Source: an uncultured Gammaproteobacteria bacterium (GTDB taxonomy: Bacteria > Pseudomonadota > Gammaproteobacteria > UBA6002). Taken from it: 64,000 bases of DNA. Positions 30,501 through 40,128 of this stretch are shown here, in pieces (within the stretch, counting starts at the first letter, position 1; each line of letters opens with the position of its first letter). A program made the translations under genes and the position numbers. The DNA lies in NCBI GenBank assembly GCA_963705725.1, contig CAVPKM010000007.1, positions 64,001 to 128,000 of the forward strand, in the 5' to 3' direction. The notes beneath the pieces are model-generated. The model was given only the letters and a program-made list of their open reading frames with translations, was not told where the DNA came from and ran no database searches.

Positions 30501-33500
30501 TTTCAACCTCCTGGTCACCGTCGAAAAGGAAAATCAGCTGATATTATCGGGGAATACAGAAGGGATAGAATCGATCTCGCTCTGGCAGGATAATCAAGAA
30601 ATTGCAAAGATCCCCGTGCAAGTTCAGCAAGATAAGCGGTGGGTTAATTTAAGTGCTTACCCTTCCGGTTGTTATACCTTACTCCCTTTAAAAAAGGACA
30701 ATGTCGCCTTACCTGAAAGCTTGCCCTTTACTATTTATACGACAACACCGTCAAAGGTGCCGCTTGCAAAAGAAATTCAAGCAAGTTTTAGCTTATCGTT
30801 TTTAGCGCAAAATGGGTACCATGGGCAGCTAGGTTGGCAAGTATCTGATTATGCAGCAAGCCCGATCGTGATGACCTGTCATTACTTAGATCAAGAAGAT
30901 CAAAGGCGCATTCATGAAGACACGATTTTTCCGGGTACAGATAAAGGCCAGTATACCGACAGCCGAGGAAACACCTTAATTTGCAATACGGAATTTGCCT
31001 ATCCTGTTCAGGCAGTGTTGGCTCTTTCTTTATCGATTCAATTGGATGAAGACGATTTAGTGCCAATTGCGGCTTATGCCCAACCGAGCGCCGCAGCAGG
31101 GGATGGCACAAATGTCATTCTAGCCAGTTATTTTCCCGGAACCACGGTTCTTTATATTGCGCCGCTAAGCGGGTTTGATCGGCTGCCCACGTTATCGTAT
31201 TTGGATAGGACATTGGATCGCTTAGCCGATTGGAAGCCCTTGCCGGCGATGGGGATGACGCGAAGCGGTATTATTGTGGACGTGTCCGATTTCTTGCCTT
31301 GTGTGTATCCGTTTAAATTAGCAGATTCCCTTAGCTTTCTGCCGGATTTTGGGCAGGGAGCGGCCTATTTCGCCAACCTGCCCGATAATTCGACTTCGCT
31401 TACTTTAACAGAAGTCATTCCCTTCGCACTCCCTTATCGAGAAGAAAATTTTCGGTTGTTTTTTACCGATCGGACATCGGTCGTTGATGTATTAATGCAG
31501 CATCAAACAAATGAGACGATAAGAAAGCAGTTAGCTCCCGAAATCTTAGAAGCCTTAATTCAGGCATCCTTTACTCTGGGGAAAGCAGCAGAGCTTAATC
31601 TGAAAAATCCCTCGCTTGAATTTTGCGCTAAGCAGGAAGTCTTTGAACGTTACCTGCATTTCTTAAAGGAAAAAGGCGAACTGGGTTGGATCGCGGCGTT
31701 GATTTATGCCAAATCGCAAGACATGAGCGTTTATTTTTGGGAAAAATCGCTGGATAAGCCAGGATCACTTCACTTAGTTGGGTTTCATGACGCAGGTCAA
31801 CTGGCGAAAAAAACCTTATATTTTATGGTCTCAGGCTATACCCAATTTCATGTATTCTTACCAGAAGGAATAGGTTTAGCAGACCGCTATTCCCTCAATC
31901 CCACTTATTCTTTTACGGTATCCAAGGGCAGTCAACTTTATCCCAGTAGTCCTTTGCCGGCACCTGAACCTATTCATGTGTTGCCGAGTCAGCATTTTGA
32001 TTATGATCATTGGCACAACCTCACCCAGTTTGTCGATACGCTGGGTCATCCTATTGATTATACCCATAACCATCTCAATCAGCGCCTCACACAACGTGAT
32101 CCCGAAGTGTACATTGTTGAGCCAACCGGACAGCTTACCTTAGGTCGCCCACTGACGTTATGGGGTTATAACGAGCGAGGCTTTAAAGTGGGGATGACCA
32201 ATCCCAATGGCGATACTCAAGCCTTCCTTTGTAATGCCGGTAGCGAGGAAATCTATTGGATACTTGAAAATGGCGGCGTTGGCCGCAGGCAACAGTTTAA
32301 CGCCTTAGGGCAGCGCGACAGTCACTGGGATGAGAAAAATCATCGCTGGCAGTATGAACATAATCCCCATAATCGTGTGACAAAAATTATTTATCCTTCA
32401 GGAAAATTCCAGGAGTTTGCCTATAACGAATGCAATTGGCGTTGTTTAGACACAGATTTTGACGGCACAACAACGGGTTACAACCAGGATTTGCTGGGCA
32501 ATGTCACCGATCGGCGGGAGCCTTCTAGCTATGTGACAAGCATGAATTATGATCGAAACGGCGAATTATTAGGGGTGCAGAATCCCGATGGCAGTCAGCT
32601 CAGGTGGGTGCGCAATTACTTTGGTCGTGTGGATCGAGAGTTTGATTTAGCAGGTGTCCAAACGGTGCATATTTATAATTTAGCCAATCAAGAGATTAGA
32701 AGATATTCAGATAGCAGGCGATTAAACCACCGCGCCTCCGTGCTGGCTTTCCCTGATCCCACGCTCCCCACTCTCCTCAACTATGATATTGTGCTGTCAA
32801 AGGTTTATACTCAAGACCTTCACTTCCAGTACCTGGGTGGCCAGTTGATGCAGGTGTATGACAGAAGCCTGCAAACGCTCACGAAGTATACGCGCGATAC
32901 CGAAGGGCAGGAGCAATCGGTTTGGCTTTATAACCAAGGCAGTCTCGTCAGGCAAGTCACGACTATTCTGGATGGGATGAGGCGTGAAGCTTGGACAGCT
33001 GATTCTGACTTAGTGGTCGCCACGCGCTATGACGCCGCTAGTAATCGCCGGCACATTACCACAACAGGCATTAACAGCCTTCCCCCACAAGACCTATGGT
33101 ATTTTTACGATGCAACCGGTCATGTGATCTATGACGGCGCAACCGGCCTACAATTAGTTTATGAAGCCGGATTTCGGACACGAGAAATCAACGGAAAGGG
33201 GCTGTTTCGAACGCTTAATTATAATGCCGATGGCATTTTTAACCGAGCCATTTACCACCAACTTGGCCGAGTGTCTGTGACGACTGATCGCTACTATCAA
33301 GTGAATGGCTTGTTAACGCGTTATACCGAAGCAGATGCTCGAGGTATTTACTACGATCACCACATCGCCACTTACCCCGGCAGTCACTGGCAGTATAGTG
33401 ACCTGCAAGTGCTAGATGGCAAACTGCAAAGCTATACGATGTATGGCGGATTCACTCCAATTGGCTTGCCCACCACTCAGCGTACGGACTATGAGTCGAT

Positions 33501-36000
33501 GCGCGATGAGATGGCCAATTATTATATTGCCTATCGAGACATTAAGCTTGCCGCCGTCACCGGGGATCGCTATACCAGGCAGGGGAAGAAGAATAAACTT
33601 CAGATTGCTCATCGCTACTTTACGCCAAATGGCACGATCACGTGTGATGAGGGGATAGCAAATGAGGATGATCCTAATCATACGCTCACGCGGGTCTATA
33701 CGAGCACGCAGGATGGCAAGATCCTGATAAGAAATGATTACCAGCCGGTAGAATTTACCCGTCATGGAGAAAAAATCTCTATTATGCAATGGGTGTCAAG
33801 TTCTCGGAATTTTTTTAATGCGAGCGGCGAGATGATCGCGAGCCTCATTAACGACATTACCAACCCGAATGCAGCAGTCATGGATCACTATTTTGCCCAC
33901 TGCGAGAATCGCTTTAAGAGTGTTTTCCGCCACCCCAACCGCCTGAGCAGTGATTTAGCCGATGGCGCATCAGAGAGAAGGGCATTTGAAAAAGCCGCTA
34001 GAGCCCCACATCTTTTATTGCCCGATTTTGCGATGACCTATCCGGCGGCGGTGCCACAAAAATACACTGTCTCACCCGGGGATCATTTTAAGCAGATTGC
34101 ACAAAAGTTTTATGGAGATGAAGGCTTTGCTGGCGTGGTGGCACAAATGAATGGCTATGCGTTAACCGATCCTTTAGTGGTGGGACAAATTTTAATTCTG
34201 CCGCAGTACTTACCAAGTACCAATCATGCAGGAAATGTGACTCCCTACGAGCAATTTATGCAGATCATGATCGGCAGGCTATCCCCCCATCTTAACTTAA
34301 CGCTATCGCACCATCATGGATTCGTGGAAGTGGTACATGGGATAGTCGAGAGTGTGGCCTTGATTGCAGGGGTAGTGATCTCTGCCTTCGTGCCAGTTTT
34401 TGCCCCGCTGACGGTAGCAGTCTTCAGTGCGTTAGTAGAAGCAGCCTATCAGGGCGTAGCGGTAGCCACACACTTACAGGCACAGTTTAGTTTAGCGCAA
34501 GTGATCACAGTGGGATTAGAGGCAGGGATAAGCGCGGGCATATTAGGGGCCGGTCAAGCAGGATTAAGCACTTGGATGCAAAACCTTGCCAGTCAATCGC
34601 TACAAACGGTAATTAAACAAACAGCTCAAATTGGAGTCATGAATCAATTCACCGAAATGATGACAGGCCTTCGCCACCAGTTTGATTTTGGCGCAGTAGT
34701 GGGAGAAGTGGTGAGCACGGCCATGTTGCATCAAGTTAGCCCACAAGCCCAGGCGATATTTAAGGAATCGCCTTTTGTGGGTAACATTGTACAAAATGAA
34801 GCACGAAGCTTGGTGGGGAACGGCATCCGTGCGGTGATTGATCGCCAAGAGTCAGGGCTAGATCTGAAGCAGATTACCCTGAATGCATTAGGGACAACGC
34901 TGAGTCAGGCGATTAACACGAAGTTAGAGCAAGAAGCGTTAATGGCAGAATATGAGCGAGCCAGGCAGGAAAGCCTCGCGGCCTCCAGAAATGCGAGGCT
35001 TCATTCTCACGCTAACACAATTGATCAATCACGAAACCAGGCTAGTGGAAATAACCATAGCTTTTTTGCGAGTAATAACAATAATAGGAAAAAAGCAGCC
35101 GGCGCCCCGCAGCCGCACTTTTTTACTTCAACCCAAACGACAAAAACAGAACAAGCCAATGCTAAAAAAACGAATTGGTTGTTCGATAGGTTTGATCAAC
35201 TCCAAGAAGCAAAAAACACCTCATCATCATTTAGTCATTCCATGACGCCCCTAAATGAAATCCTGGAGCACAATCCAAATCTTAAGATTGTTGCTCGCGG
35301 GCCAGCGGGTGTTGAGTTGTATGATAGAAAAAGTGGTGAGTATTTTACCTATAATATGGCTCGGGGCATTCACCAAACTGAGAGAGGAGTTGACCCTGTT
35401 TATCCTGAAACACCATTTATGCGTGGCCCGTATGGCTTATTATTTGCTCTTCAGAAAATAGTGCAGATTGAGAATTGTAGTATAAATGAATCATTTCAGG
35501 AAAAGAGTTTAGAAAATTCAGAATTGCGAGCAAGAGTTCTTAGCAATATTGCTGAAAGTAAAGTTGCAAATTTGGCATCCAATTTTAAAATATTAACTGC
35601 GAAAGAGAATCAATACAGGAATAGCTATAATCCAGATACTTGGAATATGGCTAATCTAAAGGAAGGTGATATTATTTTTGGTGGGTTACCTGGGCGTTCG
35701 TCCTATTATACTAATTTTCAGACTATATTAACTTCCCTAGGAAATAAAACAGATTTAGGTAAAATTTTGCAAGTAAAACCTCATAGTAAATTTGGTTATA
35801 GGCCTTACATAGGTCAATATGAAGTGCTTCATGATATCCGGATTCCGGCAGGTACCGCAATTAATAATCCTGAGCTTGGCGAAGGAATGGGATATCAGTT
35901 CTTTATAAATAATAATTTAAGCAATCTTCGTTTAGTAAATCAATTTGATTTAGGAGAATTTTATGAGCAATCCATGTCAGCACATAAGCTTAGCTATTAA
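27592..36000 (+). CDS. RHS/YD-repeat toxin, C-terminal part: YD repeats, inserted domains, LysM, hydrophobic region, toxin tip
   Basis: YD repeats; LysM YTVSPGDHFKQIAQKFYGD...LVVGQILILP (~34057-34203); AT-rich variable tip after ~35400. Confidence 0.9.
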   Translation: MPVLTTAALSRLVKLEEKNPKNRISYFILDAKGQQRFCIDAEHYLSEQRYDANGNGIANIAYAHRLADPEKIARLAPLEVLKNITLDPLLDRTSYQVFDHVNRPAFRVDGEGAVTQYFHDENGNLIQTCQYATKIAVPSEYQDLVIRLRQLTPSPQIDRINEYRFDHADRQIGEKDPLGYVDEFRKDAVGNTILHRDRAGNDWGYQHDGANRLTLETLPKVGVTAMTKKIAHNQVTLSDQTRDMAIENKKILDANGNETQIIRAANTDAPRILHCTYNKRRQLVGTRMNQVLIDDETKAPSFDFPPVKVVDLTTQIVYNAKKLKVCQQDESGNWSFFVYDCEGNLCDEVDPLGAVKQYEYSAFGEVIHERAFATPIQLDLALFTQTGIPLSVIQAPGVIEPSLDDRLKTYVRDNRGDIILIEQGPTFYYLPNGSDQPSYQLGYSQVKSHYNAFRECVHQGVLIDPKADTWTQRLEWFDRNGKQVAKCDPEFRVVRIRFDAFSNAIQKMEWANPPKMLPTRLTPLLELDHSHVPSLADRHFIFDYDLAGQCIQKTTKQVIVQQIRFGVNNIPAMENKPAQDLIQQYQYNPLRKQIRLTYEDGSTAFTYYNALSLVIARTGCPRETLFATTLIPLSYFGYDAFLQQVMTTRFKKGTAAANLDSLPVPIKRDNGDQTELTYLDSRGRVIYAQDAAGEVEGFTYNAMAKVALQCWRLTNTVNGVVVHLDAKRFHYDAINHVIRLFLLRDNQAIQMTAYQWNLFGNCIAEGPGNPSCPLIRRFDGLNHPWFDNEGGLDKITLRNLSGEVTVRLTSPTKDLRQVTYDALPTVLTWTHLDLLREETVRDRLGRKILSTKPAYSRPDTRHPIDIPLSLAVGKQYPAFGEVSLSWIVPQEKTVVLECFLWPFGHPEQKQALPIQTINGRCGLGVSHLLDRYRYQINYYFINPLTKQLEATPMFQTEGEVQIVGNSLNPCFNLLVTVEKENQLILSGNTEGIESISLWQDNQEIAKIPVQVQQDKRWVNLSAYPSGCYTLLPLKKDNVALPESLPFTIYTTTPSKVPLAKEIQASFSLSFLAQNGYHGQLGWQVSDYAASPIVMTCHYLDQEDQRRIHEDTIFPGTDKGQYTDSRGNTLICNTEFAYPVQAVLALSLSIQLDEDDLVPIAAYAQPSAAAGDGTNVILASYFPGTTVLYIAPLSGFDRLPTLSYLDRTLDRLADWKPLPAMGMTRSGIIVDVSDFLPCVYPFKLADSLSFLPDFGQGAAYFANLPDNSTSLTLTEVIPFALPYREENFRLFFTDRTSVVDVLMQHQTNETIRKQLAPEILEALIQASFTLGKAAELNLKNPSLEFCAKQEVFERYLHFLKEKGELGWIAALIYAKSQDMSVYFWEKSLDKPGSLHLVGFHDAGQLAKKTLYFMVSGYTQFHVFLPEGIGLADRYSLNPTYSFTVSKGSQLYPSSPLPAPEPIHVLPSQHFDYDHWHNLTQFVDTLGHPIDYTHNHLNQRLTQRDPEVYIVEPTGQLTLGRPLTLWGYNERGFKVGMTNPNGDTQAFLCNAGSEEIYWILENGGVGRRQQFNALGQRDSHWDEKNHRWQYEHNPHNRVTKIIYPSGKFQEFAYNECNWRCLDTDFDGTTTGYNQDLLGNVTDRREPSSYVTSMNYDRNGELLGVQNPDGSQLRWVRNYFGRVDREFDLAGVQTVHIYNLANQEIRRYSDSRRLNHRASVLAFPDPTLPTLLNYDIVLSKVYTQDLHFQYLGGQLMQVYDRSLQTLTKYTRDTEGQEQSVWLYNQGSLVRQVTTILDGMRREAWTADSDLVVATRYDAASNRRHITTTGINSLPPQDLWYFYDATGHVIYDGATGLQLVYEAGFRTREINGKGLFRTLNYNADGIFNRAIYHQLGRVSVTTDRYYQVNGLLTRYTEADARGIYYDHHIATYPGSHWQYSDLQVLDGKLQSYTMYGGFTPIGLPTTQRTDYESMRDEMANYYIAYRDIKLAAVTGDRYTRQGKKNKLQIAHRYFTPNGTITCDEGIANEDDPNHTLTRVYTSTQDGKILIRNDYQPVEFTRHGEKISIMQWVSSSRNFFNASGEMIASLINDITNPNAAVMDHYFAHCENRFKSVFRHPNRLSSDLADGASERRAFEKAARAPHLLLPDFAMTYPAAVPQKYTVSPGDHFKQIAQKFYGDEGFAGVVAQMNGYALTDPLVVGQILILPQYLPSTNHAGNVTPYEQFMQIMIGRLSPHLNLTLSHHHGFVEVVHGIVESVALIAGVVISAFVPVFAPLTVAVFSALVEAAYQGVAVATHLQAQFSLAQVITVGLEAGISAGILGAGQAGLSTWMQNLASQSLQTVIKQTAQIGVMNQFTEMMTGLRHQFDFGAVVGEVVSTAMLHQVSPQAQAIFKESPFVGNIVQNEARSLVGNGIRAVIDRQESGLDLKQITLNALGTTLSQAINTKLEQEALMAEYERARQESLAASRNARLHSHANTIDQSRNQASGNNHSFFASNNNNRKKAAGAPQPHFFTSTQTTKTEQANAKKTNWLFDRFDQLQEAKNTSSSFSHSMTPLNEILEHNPNLKIVARGPAGVELYDRKSGEYFTYNMARGIHQTERGVDPVYPETPFMRGPYGLLFALQKIVQIENCSINESFQEKSLENSELRARVLSNIAESKVANLASNFKILTAKENQYRNSYNPDTWNMANLKEGDIIFGGLPGRSSYYTNFQTILTSLGNKTDLGKILQVKPHSKFGYRPYIGQYEVLHDIRIPAGTAINNPELGEGMGYQFFINNNLSNLRLVNQFDLGEFYEQSMSAHKLSY
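33804..35312 (+). repeat. ~1.5 kb direct repeat, copy 1 (LysM to pre-toxin region)
   Basis: Near-identical to 36394-37901. Confidence 0.95.
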
Positions 36001-36229
36001 AATTTGTAAGCTATCAGGTAATACAATAAAAGAAATTTCACAAGGCTGGACAAATGCAAAAAAGGTATTTCATTTTACTTATTCAATTAGCTTTGAACTA
36101 AAAAATAGGATCAAGACAAAAATACCTACCTTAGAATATTGGACGGAAGAAGACAATCACTACGAATACACAGAAGGTTTTTTTTGTAACGAATGTAAGG
36201 AAGGAATCTCATTCCCTTTAAAAGGGTGA
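35963..36229 (+). CDS. Putative immunity protein for the primary tip (C-x-H...CxxC)
   Basis: Overlaps the toxin stop; AGGAG RBS; PCQH and FFCNEC motifs. Confidence 0.7.
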   Translation: MSNPCQHISLAIKICKLSGNTIKEISQGWTNAKKVFHFTYSISFELKNRIKTKIPTLEYWTEEDNHYEYTEGFFCNECKEGISFPLKG

Positions 36230-36393
36230 TTTTTTAATTCAATCCGGTCTTGTTACTTTAGAGGTGAAGGCATAAATTTCTGTGAAAACCTTACTAAACA
36301 AGAGGCCTTCATTTATTAGAAGCAATTTAATTTAAATAGTGAAAATCAGGTTAAGGTAAGCGGAAAAAATTGATACAATCAATCAATTTGTAA

Positions 36394-37901
36394 TCGGAAT
36401 TTTTTTAATGCGAGCGGCGAGATGATCGCGAGCCTCATTAACGACATTACCAACCCGAATGCAGCAGTCATGGATCACTATTTTGCCCACTGCGAGAATC
36501 GCTTTAAGAGTGTTTTCCGCCACCCCAACCGCCTGAGCAGTGATTTAGCCGATGGCGCATCAGAGAGAAGGGCATTTGAAAAAGCCGCTAGAGCCCCACA
36601 TCTTTTATTGCCCGATTTTGCGATGACCTATCCGGCGGCGGTGCCACAAAAATACACTGTCTCACCCGGGGATCATTTTAAGCAGATTGCACAAAAGTTT
36701 TATGGAGATGAAGGCTTTGCTGGCGTGGTGGCACAAATGAATGGCTATGCGTTAACCGATCCTTTAGTGGTGGGACAAATTTTAATTCTGCCGCAGTACT
36801 TACCAAGTACCAATCATGCAGGAAATGTGACGCCCTACGAGCAATTTATGCAGATCATGATCGGCAGGCTATCCCCCCATCTTAACTTAACGCTATCGCA
36901 CCATCATGGATTCGTGGAAGTGGTACATGGGATAGTCGAGAGTGTGGCCTTGATTGCAGGGGTAGTGATCTCTGCCTTCGTGCCAGTTTTTGCCCCGCTG
37001 ACGGTAGCAGTCTTCAGTGCGTTAGTAGAAGCAGCCTATCAGGGCGTAGCGGTAGCCACACACTTACAGGCACAGTTTAGTTTAGCGCAAGTGATCACAG
37101 TGGGATTAGAGGCAGGGATAAGCGCGGGCATATTAGGGGCCGGTCAAGCAGGATTAAGCACTTGGATGCAAAACCTTGCCAGTCAATCGCTACAAACGGT
37201 AATTAAACAAACAGCTCAAATTGGAGTCATGAATCAATTCACCGAAATGATGACAGGCCTTCGCCACCAGTTTGATTTTGGCGCAGTAGTGGGAGAAGTG
37301 GTGAGCACGGCCATGTTGCATCAAGTTAGCCCACAAGCCCAGGCGATATTTAAGGAATCGCCTTTTGTGGGTAACGTTGTACAAAATGAAGCACGAAGCT
37401 TGGTGGGGAACGGCATCCGTGCGGTGATTGATCGCCAAGAGTCAGGGCTAGATCTGAAGCAGATTACCCTGACTGCATTAGGGACAACGCTGAGTCAGGC
37501 GATTAACACGAAGTTAGAGCAAGAAGCATTAATGGCAGAATATGAGCGAGTCAGGCAGGAAAGCCTCGCGGCCTCCAGAAATGCGAGGCTTCATTCTCAC
37601 GCAACACAATTGATCAATCACGAAACCAAGCTAGCGGAAATAACCATAGCTTTTTTGCGAGTAATAACAATAATAGGAATAAAGCCGCCGGCGCTTCGCA
37701 GCCGCACTTTTTTACTTCAACCCAAACGACAAAAACAGAACAAGCCAATGCTAAAAAAACGAATTGGTTGTTCGATAGGTTTGATCAGCTCCAAGAAGCA
37801 AAAAACACCTCATCATCATTTAGTCATTCCATGACGCCCCTAAATGAAATCCTGGAGCACAATCCAAATCTTAAGATTGTTGCTCGCGGGCCAGCGGGTG
37901 T
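36394..37901 (+). repeat. ~1.5 kb direct repeat, copy 2
   Basis: Offset 2590 changes to 2589 after a 1-bp deletion (CACGCTAACA to CACGCAACA) near 37602. Confidence 0.95.
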
Positions 37902-38565
37902 AGAATTATATGATAAAGCAAGCGGCCAATATTTTACTTATGATATTGCTCGAGGCATTCACCAAACTGAAAGAGGAATTGAACCTGCTTATCCTGATAA
38001 ATTGGTAATGCGTAAATCCTATGCAGTTATAAAACTTCTTGAGAGAGTAATTCAGCTTGAAAGAGGTGGCACATTTGAGCCATTTGGCGCAAAGAGCCTA
38101 AAAAATTTAGCATTACGATCGCATGTGCTTGCTAATATATCAGAGAGTCAGGTTGCACGAGCTGGTAGCTTTTTTAAGATTCATTCCTATGTTGAACAAG
38201 CTTTATTTAAATTAGATGTGAATACTGAATTAGATTCAGCAACTTTTTGGTCTGGTAAAGATAATCAGCAACGTGCTACTAGCTTTGCGACAAATATGCA
38301 TAAAAAAACATTAGAGATGACGACAGGAGGAGAATATTTGGATTCTCTAGATTTGTTTAAGAAATCTGCTTATGAGCAAGCAGTAAAACCTTGGGATGCT
38401 TTATCAAAAAGATTTGCAGAAAATGCTTCTGGTGATGTTTATGCATTTGTGGAGGGAACGCGTCCTACAAGTGTATTTAACCGAATAGAATATCTAATCT
38501 TAATTGAGAATCCTAAAGTAAATGAAATAGTTCATTCATCAAATGGCATTATATTCAGACCTTAG
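36422..38565 (+). pseudogene. Orphan toxin module: duplicated LysM/linker plus ADP-ribosyl-cyclase (CD38/ARC)-like tip, frameshifted
   Basis: ORFs 36422-37834 and 37768-38565 join across the 1-bp deletion; tip motifs FWSG, TLEMT, WDALSKRFAENASGDV, SVFNRIE. Confidence 0.75.
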
Positions 38566-38864
38566 TGTTAATGGAGAACAGAATGTTGAAAAAAATAAAT
38601 GAAGGTGGTGTTGTTAGTGATAGTGGTTATTCCATACAAATAACTGGTCCAGAAGAGCTTGAGTACAAATATAAAGATAATATTTTAAAAATTGATATTG
38701 GTTACGATCCTAAAAAAAGAACAGTTTTCATTTATGCTAGTGATATAACTCGCTGGGATCGTTCAAGGAACCACGCTAATGTTTCTAGGGCAGAAAAAGA
38801 AAATATAATCGAAAATATAAAAAAAGCGATAAAATTATTACCTGGGAAATTTGAGATTGCTTAA
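38565..38864 (+). CDS. Imm74-like immunity protein
   Basis: Abuts the ARC-like tip; IYASDITRWD...EKENIIENIKKA pattern. Confidence 0.65.
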   Translation: MLMENRMLKKINEGGVVSDSGYSIQITGPEELEYKYKDNILKIDIGYDPKKRTVFIYASDITRWDRSRNHANVSRAEKENIIENIKKAIKLLPGKFEIA

Positions 38865-39143
38865 AAGTTTCTGGTATCCCAATTCGCCCTTTAGCTGTTT
38901 TGTTATGCACATTGTTGATAAGATTAAATTTAAATGGTACATTGTGCCTAAAAATTCGCTTGGTAATTAATCTGACGGTTTATCTCTGTAATCACGCTAT
39001 TACAAATAAGTCACTGACTAAGATACTTTTTTGATGAGCAACTTCAGGCGGAACTTATGAATCATTGCACTAAAATAAGACCCATTAAGCCACACACTCT
39101 TATCCTTAAAAAAAAGCAGATTACATAAAGATATCAATTCAAT

Positions 39144-39470
39144 ATGAGAGGAATTGATTTTTCAGATCCAGTCGAGCTTTTGGTATTTCCTAGAGGTACT
39201 GAAGCGATACAATACATATTTCCAGGACAAATAAATCCTGGAAATTATTTTGCTCCGATTGGAACCACTGGTAATAAACTTGGTATTTACACATCAGGTC
39301 GCTCTCCGATTACATTTTTTGCTACAAAGGACATACAAGTATTGAAATCAACTACGGCAGCAATGATTGACAATTACTCTATGGCCCAATATGCATGGGA
39401 AATCCAAACAGAGGGTGGTGCAGCCCAATATTTTAATCTTTCCATTGATGGATGGAGGATTAAACAGTGA
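39144..39470 (+). CDS. Orphan Ntox46/Tse6-like NAD(P)+ glycohydrolase tip
   Basis: GIDFSDPV...GNYFAPIGT...LGIYTSGR...VLKST...GGAAQYF. Confidence 0.7.
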   Translation: MRGIDFSDPVELLVFPRGTEAIQYIFPGQINPGNYFAPIGTTGNKLGIYTSGRSPITFFATKDIQVLKSTTAAMIDNYSMAQYAWEIQTEGGAAQYFNLSIDGWRIKQ

Positions 39471-39742
39471 ATCGAATTAATTTTTTTAGGGATACCCTCG
39501 TTTGTTGCAAGGCTGCATTGGCAAAAAATCCAAGCGTTTTTCCATTGCAATTAGTAATAAATCAAATAGAATTTCTCTTGGAGTTGGAAGAAGGCTGTTC
39601 TAACGATATATCAAAATTGTGTACAATTAAAATTGGTTGGATTGCTGCTAGAGAATTAGATGGTTTTTCTGATGAAACGCTTATAAATAAGCTTCATTTA
39701 ATTTCCGCTGAGGTTGAAAAAATGAGAAAAGAGAAGTTTTAA
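39467..39742 (+). CDS. Tsi6-like immunity protein
   Basis: GTGA overlap with the tip; VINQIEFL...IKIGWIAARELD pattern; 91 aa. Confidence 0.7.
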   Translation: MNRINFFRDTLVCCKAALAKNPSVFPLQLVINQIEFLLELEEGCSNDISKLCTIKIGWIAARELDGFSDETLINKLHLISAEVEKMRKEKF

Positions 39743-39850
39743 TGATTAAAAAAACAAAGAGTATAGAAGACATCCAGATATTGCTAGGAAAACCTAAAAA
39801 CTATCCTAATATTTTTTTTATCATTTTTATGAATTTAACTCCTCATTAAC

Positions 39851-40040
39851 TGATATCAATACAGCAAATTTCTATTCAGGTAATAATGGTCTAAACCGAA
39901 TACAAGCAATTAATTATGCGCGGTAAAACCGTGGTAATATTATAGATTTTACTCCTGGAGGGAAGTTTTAATGGGAGAAAATTGTATGAACGGTTACCTC
40001 TAGGTTTAGCTGATGCAGTTTGGAGATCCCTTTCATTTTC
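39851..40040 (+). pseudogene. Degraded second ARC-like tip
   Basis: DINTANFYSG...IIDFTPGG...ADAVWRSLS parallels ATFWSG...TLEMTTGG...PWDALS; contains a stop and a frameshift; partial copy at ~43750-43855. Confidence 0.55.
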
Positions 40041-40128
40041 GAGAAATCACATATGGACTTAGTTAATCCGTGCACTTCTCATTATGAAACTGCGGTTCAC
40101 AATCGTTTAAGATTTAATGTAAGGATTT

